From Rhodospirillales bacterium (GTDB taxonomy: Bacteria; Pseudomonadota; Alphaproteobacteria; Bin95): DNA of 64,000 nucleotides. The notes under the pieces are model-generated. The model was not told the origin of the DNA and ran no database searches. It worked only from the letters and a program-made list of their open reading frames with translations. Where the stretch lies: NCBI GenBank assembly GCA_038143065.1, contig JAYQLI010000035.1, positions 1,184,893-1,248,892 on the forward strand. Direction: 5' to 3'. Both the position numbers and the translations under genes were made by a program. Within the stretch, counting starts at the first letter, position 1, and every line of letters begins with the position of its first letter. Below are positions 1-11,523 of this stretch, in pieces.

Positions 1-422
1 CCCCAAGATTGGGAGGGTTGATCGGAAACAATTAACGTGTGCTTTTTGCAAAGTGGCTTAACAGCTTCCGCCAGCCAGCACGCAAGGGCCGCGGTTGCCG
101 CTTTATCTCCACTCCCAATATCCGCATGAATCAAAGCCGCGGGGCTTCTTGTGAACATCAGAGCCCCTGGAATGGTCTCACGAAAATCACCTTCAATTAA
201 ATCTTCAGACGGAGGCATGCTATCGGGGTGAGCCATTGCCTTCCGTTCAAAAACGATAATTCTCCGACTGGGCATCAATGTGCGCAAGTGGTCATATGTT
301 CGCCCATTTCCTAGTCCAAGCTCGAGTATTGGACCAGGAATGTCTGCGATAAGCCCAGCAGCTCTATTCAGACAAGCAAGCTGTGCTTCTAACCTTCGAA
401 TTGCACTCTCTAGGCGACTCAT
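1..422 (-). CDS. Small class I SAM-dependent methyltransferase-like protein (Methyltransf_17-like), runs off the window
   Basis: Not in the ORF track. Manual translation from ATG at 422 gives MSRLESAIRRLEAQLACLNRAAGLIADIPGPILELGLGNGRTYDHLR..., with a SAM motif I-like ILELGLGNG. Confidence 0.8.
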   Translation of the reverse strand, partial: MSRLESAIRRLEAQLACLNRAAGLIADIPGPILELGLGNGRTYDHLRTLMPSRRIIVFERKAMAHPDSMPPSEDLIEGDFRETIPGALMFTRSPAALIHADIGSGDKAATAALACWLAEAVKPLCKKHTLIVSDQPSQSW

Positions 423-433
423 TTTAGAACCGC

Positions 434-889
434 TTAGTTACTCTTCGCTGAAACAGCTTCTCGAAGCTGAGAGGTAGTATTTTCTAAGCGTGAGGCTAAA
501 ACTTTTATAATCTCTATGGCAACTTGAGGGGAACCATTTAAAAGCCTGATGAAGTTCTCTTTCCCAATTTTCAATGCCGTTAACCCTTGTTCTGTCTTCA
601 CAGTGGCAGTGCGGGGAACATCGATGAGAATAGCTATTTCACCTACAATCTGGCCTGAGCTCACCTCTGCCACCTTAATCTCACCGGCTGGAGTATCCAC
701 AATTACATCGCCCTTACCGCTTATGATGACATAAGCAGCATCTCCCTCGTCGCCCTGTCTCATCATAACTGCACCAGGGCGAAAATTTACTCTGTCACTT
801 GAAATTGCCAGAAGCTTGAGTTTGGAAGCCTCCATTTTTTCAAATAGCGGTATACCCCGCAGCAGATCCACTTCTTCCGCTAACGACAT
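434..889 (-). CDS. Stand-alone cyclic nucleotide-binding (cNMP) domain protein
   Basis: 151 aa with LRGIPLF, QGDEGDAAYVIISG and phosphate-binding cassette GEIAILIDVPRTATV; no C-terminal HTH. Confidence 0.9.
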   Translation of the reverse strand: MSLAEEVDLLRGIPLFEKMEASKLKLLAISSDRVNFRPGAVMMRQGDEGDAAYVIISGKGDVIVDTPAGEIKVAEVSSGQIVGEIAILIDVPRTATVKTEQGLTALKIGKENFIRLLNGSPQVAIEIIKVLASRLENTTSQLREAVSAKSN

Positions 890-892
890 TGA

Positions 893-3511
893 TTAGTTCT
901 CCATGCCGTTGCCAGAGGTTTCTTTGGCAACGCGACCGTTGGCAACCTCAACGACTTTATCAAAGAATTTCAATAAGTCTGGATCACCTATTGCCCAAAC
1001 AACTCCTCCAGGAGCGGCCTCCAAAACGCGTTCAACCAACGCATTTCTTGTACGACCGTCCATGGCATCTATAGCGCCATTTAGAACCAGCACATTAGGG
1101 CTTTTAGCTAGAGCTCTGGCGATGGCAATTTTTTGTCGTTGAGCACCAGATAATCGAGAACCACCAATTCCTACCTGATAGTCCAGCCCTGCCGCGACGA
1201 TCTCACGCCTCATCCCCAAGTCATCGACAATTTCATCGACCAGCTGTCCAACTATTTCAGGACCTTCTGCTTCTCCATAAGCAATTTTACCAAAAAGGAT
1301 ATTATCCTGGATGGACGCGGCTGCGTTGTACTGAGCCGGATCAAAGAATTCTATCGCTGATGCTAGGTCTGCTGGGATGTTTGCGCGAAATTCACTTCTG
1401 GCGCTAATTACACGCGCTCTTATATCGTCGGTAATTAAACCGAGGCGATGACGCGCGGGTATTAATTTGAAAGGCATAGCAAGTAACATTCCCCGCTCTT
1501 GCTCGTTTAATACCTCTGCCCCACCTTTTGACCATTTCGTCAATATAGTTTGATAATCAGGCAGCAAATCGGCTTTGATAAAGCTATACTGCTCAAATAA
1601 CGGATCACCTGGCTCCACATCAGCAAACAGCTCTACCATCAAAGTCGCAGCCTCAAAGCCGATGTTTAAAAGCTCATCTTCCAAACCCACTGTTCTTAGC
1701 GTAGCTACCACGTAAGGGTGATCGCCTAGGGTCTCAATATCAAAGTCGTCAGTAACAATTGTTCCAAACAAAAGATTTTCAGCAAGGGATGAATTATCGT
1801 TATATTTGTCCGGGTCATAGGGTTCTATTAAATCACCAAGATTGTCAGAACTTAAACGACTAGCGAGGCGCACTCTAGCTTCCATAGTTTGTTCAGCTAA
1901 ATCAGGCCTTCTGGTTGGGTCTATTGGACCGCGTAGCCCAAAGCCGTAAACATCACGGGAGAGTTCAACCTTATCAAGTATATCGATTAACTTCTGGTCT
2001 CCCTCGGCTGGGTTGCTCGCACCCAATACAGAATAATTTACCCAATTATCATCGAAGTCTTCATTTGAATTACCCGATCGCGCATTTTCTAATAGTCTAG
2101 CTTCTCTTTCATTTGCCTCTTTGTCACTTAATTCTGGCACGTTAACTGGCCGATTTTTAAGACTAAAAAGTAAATTTGCTCGAACGGTATCAGAAAAGAG
2201 GTAAGCAGAAGAACCAACGTATGCCATCCGTCGGCCCGTGAAAGCTTCTGGCAATCCCTTGAAATCGTCGTCACCTACGGTTATGCGGCCTCCGGTTGGG
2301 AAGAGGAGGCGCGCAAGCAGACTTGGAAACTCTTCTTTACCGCCGCCAGGAGGGCCAACTATGGCAACCTTGTCACCAGCTTTAAACTGATAATTAAAAC
2401 CTTGAATTGGAATAGCCGTTTCGTCTTCTTGGTAAGTTAAACCTTGCGCAACTATCGGAGTTTCAGCCGCTATTTGAGGTATCGAGTCTGGTTCATTAAT
2501 CTGCAAATCTTTATCAAGCATGCCAGCTGGATCAAACTGCTCCACGACTTGTTCATATTTAATTTTGGCATCCATGTATTGCTGATAAAAAGCCAGCAGT
2601 TCTTTCCAAGGAGCGTTCATATCCTTGTGAGCACCAATCACACCAATTAATGCACCAATGGACAGGTCGCCGTTGATCGCTAAATACCCACCAATGAGAT
2701 AGAAGAGAAAAGGGGTGAATTGCGCTAAAAAATTATTAATGAATTTTATCACAAATTTTCGATGATAAATTTCATACCTTATTTGATATATGCGACCCAG
2801 ATGACTTGAAAACTCCGCGCGCATTAAATTGGAGGCGTCGTTAGAGTGGACCTCTTCAATTCCACTAATACTTTCGCTGATTCTTTCAGAAACTCTTCTG
2901 ACCGCCCTTACACGCTGCTTACCTAATGCATTTACCTTTCGCTGCAGCTTTGGAATTATCCAACCTTGGATTGGGAACATGGCGATTGCGGCCATACCCA
3001 TGTAGATATCCTGAACAATTATAAATATCAGAAAAGTAACAAGCATGCCTGCTTGGAAGACGGGCTGAGCAACGGCGTCACCAATAAACCCCCCCAAAGG
3101 CTCTACTTCTTGGGTTATCATAGGTATTACTTCACCCTGAGATACCCGTTTAAAATGTGGCTGGGGGAACCGTAAAACGCGGCTATAGAGATTATAGCGC
3201 AAGCGGCGAAGCATTCGCTCGCCCAACCGGCCTTTTGAAACATTTATATAATATTTAAAGGCGCCGTTGATGAGTACAATAACCAAAAAACACAAACACA
3301 TGAGCACCAGATACGCAACTTGCTCAAACTCAAAACCGATAACGTCTTTCGGAAAATCAGAGACTTTTCCGCCTATGGCTTTATTAACGATGGTCTTCAC
3401 CAGATCTGGTTGAAGATAAATGAACGGGAAGGCCGCGAAAGTAACTAACAACAAATATATCTGTTGGGCTTTACTATGTCGAAATATGAAACCGTAGATA
3501 GAACGATCCAT
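893..3511 (-). CDS. ABC exporter-type fused TMD+NBD protein with a large NBD insertion and degenerate ATPase motifs
   Basis: N-terminal ABC_membrane-like helices; Walker A-like GPPGGGKEE; signature LSGAQRQKIAIARAL; Walker B-like VLVLNGA; 872 aa. Confidence 0.85.
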   Translation of the reverse strand: MDRSIYGFIFRHSKAQQIYLLLVTFAAFPFIYLQPDLVKTIVNKAIGGKVSDFPKDVIGFEFEQVAYLVLMCLCFLVIVLINGAFKYYINVSKGRLGERMLRRLRYNLYSRVLRFPQPHFKRVSQGEVIPMITQEVEPLGGFIGDAVAQPVFQAGMLVTFLIFIIVQDIYMGMAAIAMFPIQGWIIPKLQRKVNALGKQRVRAVRRVSERISESISGIEEVHSNDASNLMRAEFSSHLGRIYQIRYEIYHRKFVIKFINNFLAQFTPFLFYLIGGYLAINGDLSIGALIGVIGAHKDMNAPWKELLAFYQQYMDAKIKYEQVVEQFDPAGMLDKDLQINEPDSIPQIAAETPIVAQGLTYQEDETAIPIQGFNYQFKAGDKVAIVGPPGGGKEEFPSLLARLLFPTGGRITVGDDDFKGLPEAFTGRRMAYVGSSAYLFSDTVRANLLFSLKNRPVNVPELSDKEANEREARLLENARSGNSNEDFDDNWVNYSVLGASNPAEGDQKLIDILDKVELSRDVYGFGLRGPIDPTRRPDLAEQTMEARVRLASRLSSDNLGDLIEPYDPDKYNDNSSLAENLLFGTIVTDDFDIETLGDHPYVVATLRTVGLEDELLNIGFEAATLMVELFADVEPGDPLFEQYSFIKADLLPDYQTILTKWSKGGAEVLNEQERGMLLAMPFKLIPARHRLGLITDDIRARVISARSEFRANIPADLASAIEFFDPAQYNAAASIQDNILFGKIAYGEAEGPEIVGQLVDEIVDDLGMRREIVAAGLDYQVGIGGSRLSGAQRQKIAIARALAKSPNVLVLNGAIDAMDGRTRNALVERVLEAAPGGVVWAIGDPDLLKFFDKVVEVANGRVAKETSGNGMEN

Positions 3512-3671
3512 GACCCACTTTCGCCCCTATAAAATAACTGTGAAGAATACAACTATTCGTGAAAGGCTACTCGAGCTCGTTTCAGCGGTAAACCTCTATC
3601 AAATAACCCATGGCGAATTAAAAAAGTAAACCTGATAGCCATAGTAAGAGAAGCTGGAGAACAGCCTAGAA

Positions 3672-3700
3672 GTCACCGCCAAACTCCGTTTGGCGGTGGC
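3672..3700 (-). terminator. Stem-loop just downstream of the aldo/keto reductase gene (terminator or stabilising hairpin)
   Basis: GTCACCGCCAAAC-TCC-GTTTGGCGGTGGC, a 13-bp near-perfect stem 9 nt after the stop; the U-tract is weak. Confidence 0.5.
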
Positions 3701-3709
3701 GAGGGCAAA

Positions 3710-4648
3710 TCAAGCTAGAAGTTCATCAATTTCAGCAAGCTCCTCAGCAGTCATTTTCCAATTAGCTGCAGAAACATTGCTCTTAATCTGCTCGGGCTTA
3801 GTCGCGCCAGCAATCACTGATCCCGTAACTTTTTGAGCAGCCAACCAACTGAAAGCTAATTCCAATACAGAATGCCCTCTCTGGTTTGCAAAATTTTCTA
3901 GCCTTTCAACTTTGGCGAAATTTGCCTCAGTCACATAACCTCGATTAGCAAATCGCGGCATGTCAGTTAGCCTTGCCCCTTCTGGCATTGAGTCTTTTTT
4001 ATATTTACCTGTCAACAAACCGGAGGCGAGAGGGAAATAAGGCAGCATACCAAGCCCATAAGTCTCCATCATGGGCACAACATCTTGCTCTATTGCCCGA
4101 TTGAGGACATTCCACTCTTCTTGGCATGAGATGAATTTATTGGTTCCCAGCTCACGGGCGATGAATTCTGCCTCAGTAGATCTCCATGCAGGAAGATTAG
4201 ATGAGCCCACATAACGAACCTTTCCATCGCGAATAAGGTCATCTAGCGCACGAAGTGTTTCATCGATTGGAGTTAAGGGATCAAACTGGTGCAACTGATA
4301 GAGATCGATCCAATCAGTCCCGAGGCGAGACAGACTATCTTCTACAGCCTGCATGATATACCGACGCGCCGCGCCAATTTTTACACCCTCATCGTCCATA
4401 GCCATGCCAAACTTTGAGGCCAAAACAATTTCTGATCTTTTAGCACCCAAGGCTTTGCCAAGAAAACGCTCCGAGTCACCACGGTTACCATACATGTCAG
4501 CAGTGTCAAAAAGAGTGATACCGGCATCCAGTGCTGCATTCACAACATCAGCTGTTTGGTTTGCATCCAAACGCATACCAAAGTTATTACAGCCAAGACC
4601 AACAAGAGAGACGCGGAGACCTGAACGACCTAAATTCCTAAGTTCCAT
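3710..4648 (-). CDS. Aldo/keto reductase
   Basis: LGRSGLRVSLVGLGCNNFG, FDTADMYG, SLSRLGTDWIDLYQLH, PLASGLLTGKY. Confidence 0.92.
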   Translation of the reverse strand: MELRNLGRSGLRVSLVGLGCNNFGMRLDANQTADVVNAALDAGITLFDTADMYGNRGDSERFLGKALGAKRSEIVLASKFGMAMDDEGVKIGAARRYIMQAVEDSLSRLGTDWIDLYQLHQFDPLTPIDETLRALDDLIRDGKVRYVGSSNLPAWRSTEAEFIARELGTNKFISCQEEWNVLNRAIEQDVVPMMETYGLGMLPYFPLASGLLTGKYKKDSMPEGARLTDMPRFANRGYVTEANFAKVERLENFANQRGHSVLELAFSWLAAQKVTGSVIAGATKPEQIKSNVSAANWKMTAEELAEIDELLA

Positions 4649-4851
4649 AAAAACTTTTCCTCGAATAGTTGTAATAGGATCAATTGGACCAAAACGATTA
4701 TGACGCAGGAATATGGATAAGCTAGGATAGGCAATCGGTCTAGCGAGAATAATGGCAATTTAAAAAAGAAGCCAAAGCAGACCTCGCCTGCAGAAGAATT
4801 TTAACTATATGCTTTGATCAGTTGGTTTTAAAAAAAATATCGAGAGTTCAA

Positions 4852-5889
4852 ATGGGCCATAAAATTAATCTTGTATCTTTCGATGAAAGTATCGAAGTTG
4901 AACAAGATGAAACTATTCTGGAGATCGCGCTAGAAGAGAATATTTCCCTTCCGTTTGGATGTGCCTCTGGCAATTGTGGCGCATGCAAGTCCAAATTAAT
5001 ATTAGGCGAAGTAGAAATGCGATCCTACTCCACATTCGCCTTAACGGATGACGAAAAATCCCGCGGAATAATTCTTCCCTGTAGGGCTGAGCCAAGAAGC
5101 AACTGTTCTGTTGCAATAATGAATTTTGATGATGCCCTGTCCCACCCACTCAAGCACGTACAGGGCGAGGTAGCAGCGGTCGAAAAACTTACTCACGATA
5201 TTGCAGGAATTCGGGTAAAGCTATCAGAGTCACTGCAATATACCTCTGGTCAATTTGCAAACATTGCGTTTCCTGGCCTTCCTGCGCGCGAATACTCATT
5301 TGCGACACCATCCAGCTCAAACGAAATAGAATTTCATATCAGACGTATGGGTGACCGAGGGGTATCAGCTTTTGTTTTTGACGAAATGAACGTTGGCGAA
5401 CCAATTTCCGTCTATGGACCCCTGGGATTTGCATTCTTGAGGAAGGAAGAGACTGGGCCAATATATGCTGTCGCTGGAGGATCCGGCATTGCCCCTATAC
5501 GAGCAATTTTAGCTGAAGCTGTGCAAAAAGAGGGGGCCAATTTACGCCCTGTTCGCCTCTGGTTTGGTGTTAAGACCGAAGACGACGTCTATTTAGAAAA
5601 TGAATTGCAAAATCTTCAAAGAAAATGGCCAAACTTTAAGCTAGATATTGTTCTTTCAGAACCAAACAAATCCACATCTCGCCGAACAGGGTTGGTAACT
5701 GAGGCAATCCAGTCTGACTTGTTAGAAATGGGAACAGAAGCCCTAGATGGAGCTAGAGTCTATATTGCAGGCCCTCCCCCAATGGTGGAAAGCTCCCGTA
5801 CTCTTTTTGTTGATGCTGGAATGGATGCGTCCCGGATTCACGCAGATGCCTTCTATACACAAGAGGATAAAGCCTCTTTGAATAGCTAG
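4852..5889 (+). CDS. 2Fe-2S ferredoxin / FAD-NAD(P) oxidoreductase (oxygenase reductase type)
   Basis: C-x4-C-x2-C...C (CASGNCGAC...LPC), FAD motif REYS, NAD motif GGSGIAP, AGPPPMV, HADAF; ATG at 4852 preferred over the TTG at 4822. Confidence 0.88.
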   Translation: MGHKINLVSFDESIEVEQDETILEIALEENISLPFGCASGNCGACKSKLILGEVEMRSYSTFALTDDEKSRGIILPCRAEPRSNCSVAIMNFDDALSHPLKHVQGEVAAVEKLTHDIAGIRVKLSESLQYTSGQFANIAFPGLPAREYSFATPSSSNEIEFHIRRMGDRGVSAFVFDEMNVGEPISVYGPLGFAFLRKEETGPIYAVAGGSGIAPIRAILAEAVQKEGANLRPVRLWFGVKTEDDVYLENELQNLQRKWPNFKLDIVLSEPNKSTSRRTGLVTEAIQSDLLEMGTEALDGARVYIAGPPPMVESSRTLFVDAGMDASRIHADAFYTQEDKASLNS

Positions 5890-5897
5890 GAAATCAG

Positions 5898-7311
<1,414 letters not shown>

Positions 7312-8580
7312 TCACATGTCTAGAAGCATACGTCGCGGGTCTTCGAGTGTCTCTTTCATTCGAACAAGGCAGGTAACCGCTTCAGAACCGTCAATGATAC
7401 GATGATCATAAGACAATGCGAGATACATCATAGGCCGTGCCTGTATCGATCCGTCTGGCATGACCATGGGACGCATTTGCGTCTTGTGCATACCCAGAAT
7501 TGCAGATTGTGGAGGGTTCAAGATTGGAGTTGATAACAACGATCCATAAACGCCACCATTAGATATCGTAAAGGTACCACCCGAGAGATCAGCAAGAGAC
7601 AATTTACCGTCGCGAGCCTTACGAGCGTAGTCACCTATAGCTTTTTCTATTCCGGCGAGGCTCATCGTCTCTGCATTTCGGAGAATTGGAACAACAAGTC
7701 CCTGTTCGGTACCTACAGCAACCCCGATATCGAAGAAATTCTTATAAACGATATCATCTCCGTCTATCTGAGCATTTACGGCTGGAACATCCTTAAGACC
7801 TTGAATAGCTGCTTTAACAAAGAAAGACATAAAGCCTAAACGTACACCGTGTCGCTTTTCAAATTGATCTTTAAATTCTGCTCTCACAGCTAAAATTTCT
7901 GTCATATCTACCTCGTTGAAGGTAGTAAGCATGGCCGCCGTGTTTTGTGCCTCTTTCAGCCGTTCGGCAATTCGTCGGCGTAAGCGGGACATTTTAACCC
8001 GCTCTTCCGATCTATCGGCTGGCAACTCTGCGACTGCAAAAACGTCTTTTCCTCCAGACCGCATATATTCCAAGACATCAGACTTTGTCAGCCTACCGCC
8101 TCGTCCTGAGGCAGGAATTTGGGAAGGATCAAGGCCATGTTCCATTACAAGCTTCTTAACCGCAGGAGGCATAGGCGCAGCGCTGGCAGATAATGAAGCA
8201 GGTGAAATACTCAACACAGGCGATGATTCCGCCAATGGAGCTTCAACGTTTACAGGTGCTTCTACAGAGTTTGCAGGCACAAGATCAGGTTTTTTAACTT
8301 CTTCTGGCGCGCTTGCAATTGGTTTAGCAGTAGCTGCCTTACCATTTGGATCTATGCTCCCTAGCAGAGCACCAACTTCAACATTGTCTCCCTCTGAAAC
8401 AGCAAGAGACGAAAGAACACCGGCAGTGGGTGCTGGCACTTCCACAGTGACCTTATCCGTCTCTAATTCGACCAGAGGCTCATCAGCCTCGACCTTTTCA
8501 CCCGCTGCTTTCAACCAACGAGCAATAGTAGCCTCAGTTACAGACTCACCTAGTGCAGGAACTATAATTTCAACAGCCAT
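7312..8580 (-). CDS. sucB: 2-oxoglutarate dehydrogenase E2, dihydrolipoyllysine succinyltransferase
   Basis: Lipoyl motif ETDKV, E3-binding [11 protein letters not shown], catalytic YDHRIIDG. Confidence 0.97.
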   Translation of the reverse strand: MAVEIIVPALGESVTEATIARWLKAAGEKVEADEPLVELETDKVTVEVPAPTAGVLSSLAVSEGDNVEVGALLGSIDPNGKAATAKPIASAPEEVKKPDLVPANSVEAPVNVEAPLAESSPVLSISPASLSASAAPMPPAVKKLVMEHGLDPSQIPASGRGGRLTKSDVLEYMRSGGKDVFAVAELPADRSEERVKMSRLRRRIAERLKEAQNTAAMLTTFNEVDMTEILAVRAEFKDQFEKRHGVRLGFMSFFVKAAIQGLKDVPAVNAQIDGDDIVYKNFFDIGVAVGTEQGLVVPILRNAETMSLAGIEKAIGDYARKARDGKLSLADLSGGTFTISNGGVYGSLLSTPILNPPQSAILGMHKTQMRPMVMPDGSIQARPMMYLALSYDHRIIDGSEAVTCLVRMKETLEDPRRMLLDM

Positions 8581-8622
8581 GACTTGTCCTTGCTAGAAAT
8601 TGCTGAAGCACGTTTGGTAATT

Positions 8623-11523
8623 CTAAACCGTAAGTGCGTCATCAACGAGTTTAGCTTGTTCAGCGTTATGTCGTTTTAAAAGCCCTGTTGCCGTTGCGGC
8701 TGACTCAGCACGACCACAGTAAATAGGGCGCTTAGAGCTCAATTTAGGAATATCACCCATAACTGACTCAAGCCTGCGGTCGAGGAAGCGCCAAGCTCCC
8801 ATATTCTCAGGCTCTTCCTGACACCAAACCACTTCGGCATTTGTATACTTCTTTAATTCCGCGGCCACTGATTTCACCGGGAAAGGATAAAGTTGTTCTA
8901 GTCGGACAATCGCTACGTCCTTGATATTCCGCTCGTCCCGTGCAGCAATGAGGTCGTAGAACACCTTTCCAGAACACAACACTACACGCTTGATCTTTGA
9001 ATTAGCTACTAAGTCACCATCATCTGGGATAACACGATGGAATGTTGTTTTTCCAGTAAATTCATTAACGTCTGAAACGCATAACTTGTGTCTTAGCAAG
9101 GACTTAGGTGTCATAACAATCAGTGGTTTACGAAAGTTACGACGTACCTGGCGACGGAGCATATGAAAATAGTTCGCAGGTGTTGATGGCACGCATACCT
9201 GCATGTTGTCCTCTCCGCACATCTGAAGGTACCGCTCTAATCTAGCGGAAGAATGTTCAGGTCCTTGACCCTCATAGCCGTGCGGCAGAAGCAAGGTGAG
9301 ACCAGACATACGAAGCCATTTATGCTCCCCAGACGATATAAATTGGTCGATAATAACCTGTGCCCCGTTTGCAAAGTCGCCAAACTGGGCCTCCCACATT
9401 ACTAATATATTTGGCTCTGCAGTAGAATATCCATACTCAAATCCGAGAACGGACATTTCAGCTAAAGGACTATCAAGCACGTCAACTTTAGCTTGGTCAT
9501 TGCGGAGATGCTGTAGAGGTAGATATTCTTGACCCGTGTCCTGATCAGTAAAGACCGCATGACGTTGCGAGAAAGTACCTCTCCCACAATCTTGCCCAGA
9601 TAGTCGTACCGCGGTCCCTTCAACAGCACAGCTACCAAAAGCCAGAGCCTCAGCTGTTGCCCAATCAATACCGCTACCAGATTCAATGGCTTTCCACTTG
9701 GCTTTAAGCTGGCGATCGATCTTATTATTTAATCTAAAACCTTCCGGTATGGACGTAATTTTCTTCCCTATTTCTTTGAGAAGTTCAATATCAATTGCGG
9801 TATCACCCCGCCGATCTTCACCTTTAGCAATATCGAGACCAGACCATTTTCCTTCAAACCAATCTGCTTTGTTTGGCTTAAAGGAACTTGCCGCTTCAAA
9901 ATCCTTTTCTAGCGTTGCTCTAAAACTGTCTACGAATTGCTGAGCTGTCTCATTGCTAATAAGGCCCTCATCAACAAGCCTGCCTGCATATAACTGCCGC
10001 GTTGTTGGATGTTTTCCAATTGCTTTATACATAAGAGGCTGAGTAAACGCCGGTTCGTCGCTTTCATTGTGTCCCTGTCTACGGTAGCAATACATATCAA
10101 TCACAATGTCTTGCTTAAACTGATACCGGAACTCGGTAGCAATACGGGCAACGTGCACTACCGCCTCAGGGTCATCGCCATTCACATGGAATACTGGTGC
10201 CTGAACGATCTTTGCCATTTCTGAGCAATACGGGCCTGAACGCGCTTCAGTTGGAGAGGTTGTGAACCCGATTTGATTATTTATAACCACGTGGATGGTA
10301 CCACCCGTTTGGTAACCATTTAGCTCAGACAACTCGAAAGTCTCTGCTACTAAGCCTTGGCCTATAAAAGCTGCATCACCATGCAAAAGGATACCCATAA
10401 CCTTCTGCCTGGCTTTATCTCCGCGCTGACGCTGTTTTGCTCGCACACGCCCAAGAACTACAGGATTGACCACCTCCAAGTGCGATGGGTTCGGGGTCAA
10501 CGTTAAGTGGACCGTTTTACCGTCAAATTCTCGATCTGCCGAAGTACCAAGATGATACTTGACGTCGCCGGAACCTTGAACATCTTCCGGGTTGGCTGGA
10601 TTGCCCTGGAATTCAGAAAAGATATTAACAAAAGGCTTATCTAAAACGTTAGCCAAAACGTTCAGGCGGCCCCGGTGTGCCATACCAACAACGATCTCTT
10701 CAAGCCCGAGCTGACTACCCCGCTTTACAATTTGTTCCATCAATGGGACCAAAGATTCACCACCTTCTAGCCCAAAACGTTTTGCTCCAACAAAACGACG
10801 GTCAAGAAATTGCTCAAAAGTCTCAGCCGCTGTTAACCGTTCTAGAATGGCGATCTTACCTCGATCAGTGAAATCGGTTTGGTTGCGAGGTTCTTCTATG
10901 CGGCGCTGTATCCAGGCTTTTTGCTCAGGATCCTGAATGTGCATGAACTCAACACCAATTTTTCCGCAGTATGTTGCTTCAACCAGCTCCAAAATATTAC
11001 GGAGAGTAGCTATTTCCATGCCGAGAACATTATCGATGAAAATTTCTCGGTCCAAATCAGCCTCGGAAAAACCATAGGTCTTGTAGTCAAGCTCAGGGTG
11101 ATACTCGATTTCCGCTAACCCAAGAGGGTCAAGTTTTGAATAAAGATGACCTCTAATACGATAAGCTCTGATAAGCATTAATGCGCGAACGGAGTCTAAT
11201 GTTGCAGACCTAACGTCTCTGCTATCCTGCACTAGATTGGATTTTGATTGATCAGTCTTGGGGGCATCGGTAGATGAACTACCAATATCTGACTTCTTAG
11301 CACCTATTGAACCCCAACCCGGAGCATCCACCTCATCTAAAATCGCACCAGCATCACCACGAAGATCACTAAACAGACTTATCCAGCTTGGGTCGACACT
11401 GGCCGGATCTACCAAGTACTGCTCATATAAATCTGCTAAATAGACCGCATTAGCTCCGAAGAGATAACTGGTACGATCAGCCATTAGACGATCGATGGTC
11501 GTGGACGCTTGGTCACTTGCCAT
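8623..11523 (-). CDS. sucA: 2-oxoglutarate dehydrogenase E1
   Basis: GMAHRGRLN, GDVKYHLG, HGDAAF, WEAQFGDFANGAQ, GQGPEHSSAR. Confidence 0.98.
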   Translation of the reverse strand: MASDQASTTIDRLMADRTSYLFGANAVYLADLYEQYLVDPASVDPSWISLFSDLRGDAGAILDEVDAPGWGSIGAKKSDIGSSSTDAPKTDQSKSNLVQDSRDVRSATLDSVRALMLIRAYRIRGHLYSKLDPLGLAEIEYHPELDYKTYGFSEADLDREIFIDNVLGMEIATLRNILELVEATYCGKIGVEFMHIQDPEQKAWIQRRIEEPRNQTDFTDRGKIAILERLTAAETFEQFLDRRFVGAKRFGLEGGESLVPLMEQIVKRGSQLGLEEIVVGMAHRGRLNVLANVLDKPFVNIFSEFQGNPANPEDVQGSGDVKYHLGTSADREFDGKTVHLTLTPNPSHLEVVNPVVLGRVRAKQRQRGDKARQKVMGILLHGDAAFIGQGLVAETFELSELNGYQTGGTIHVVINNQIGFTTSPTEARSGPYCSEMAKIVQAPVFHVNGDDPEAVVHVARIATEFRYQFKQDIVIDMYCYRRQGHNESDEPAFTQPLMYKAIGKHPTTRQLYAGRLVDEGLISNETAQQFVDSFRATLEKDFEAASSFKPNKADWFEGKWSGLDIAKGEDRRGDTAIDIELLKEIGKKITSIPEGFRLNNKIDRQLKAKWKAIESGSGIDWATAEALAFGSCAVEGTAVRLSGQDCGRGTFSQRHAVFTDQDTGQEYLPLQHLRNDQAKVDVLDSPLAEMSVLGFEYGYSTAEPNILVMWEAQFGDFANGAQVIIDQFISSGEHKWLRMSGLTLLLPHGYEGQGPEHSSARLERYLQMCGEDNMQVCVPSTPANYFHMLRRQVRRNFRKPLIVMTPKSLLRHKLCVSDVNEFTGKTTFHRVIPDDGDLVANSKIKRVVLCSGKVFYDLIAARDERNIKDVAIVRLEQLYPFPVKSVAAELKKYTNAEVVWCQEEPENMGAWRFLDRRLESVMGDIPKLSSKRPIYCGRAESAATATGLLKRHNAEQAKLVDDALTV

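Noticed and set aside
7916-8596. 226-aa plus-strand ORF and many other 60-160 aa overlapping ORFs
   Set aside because: They are antisense or alternate-frame shadows of well-supported genes, with no motifs of their own.
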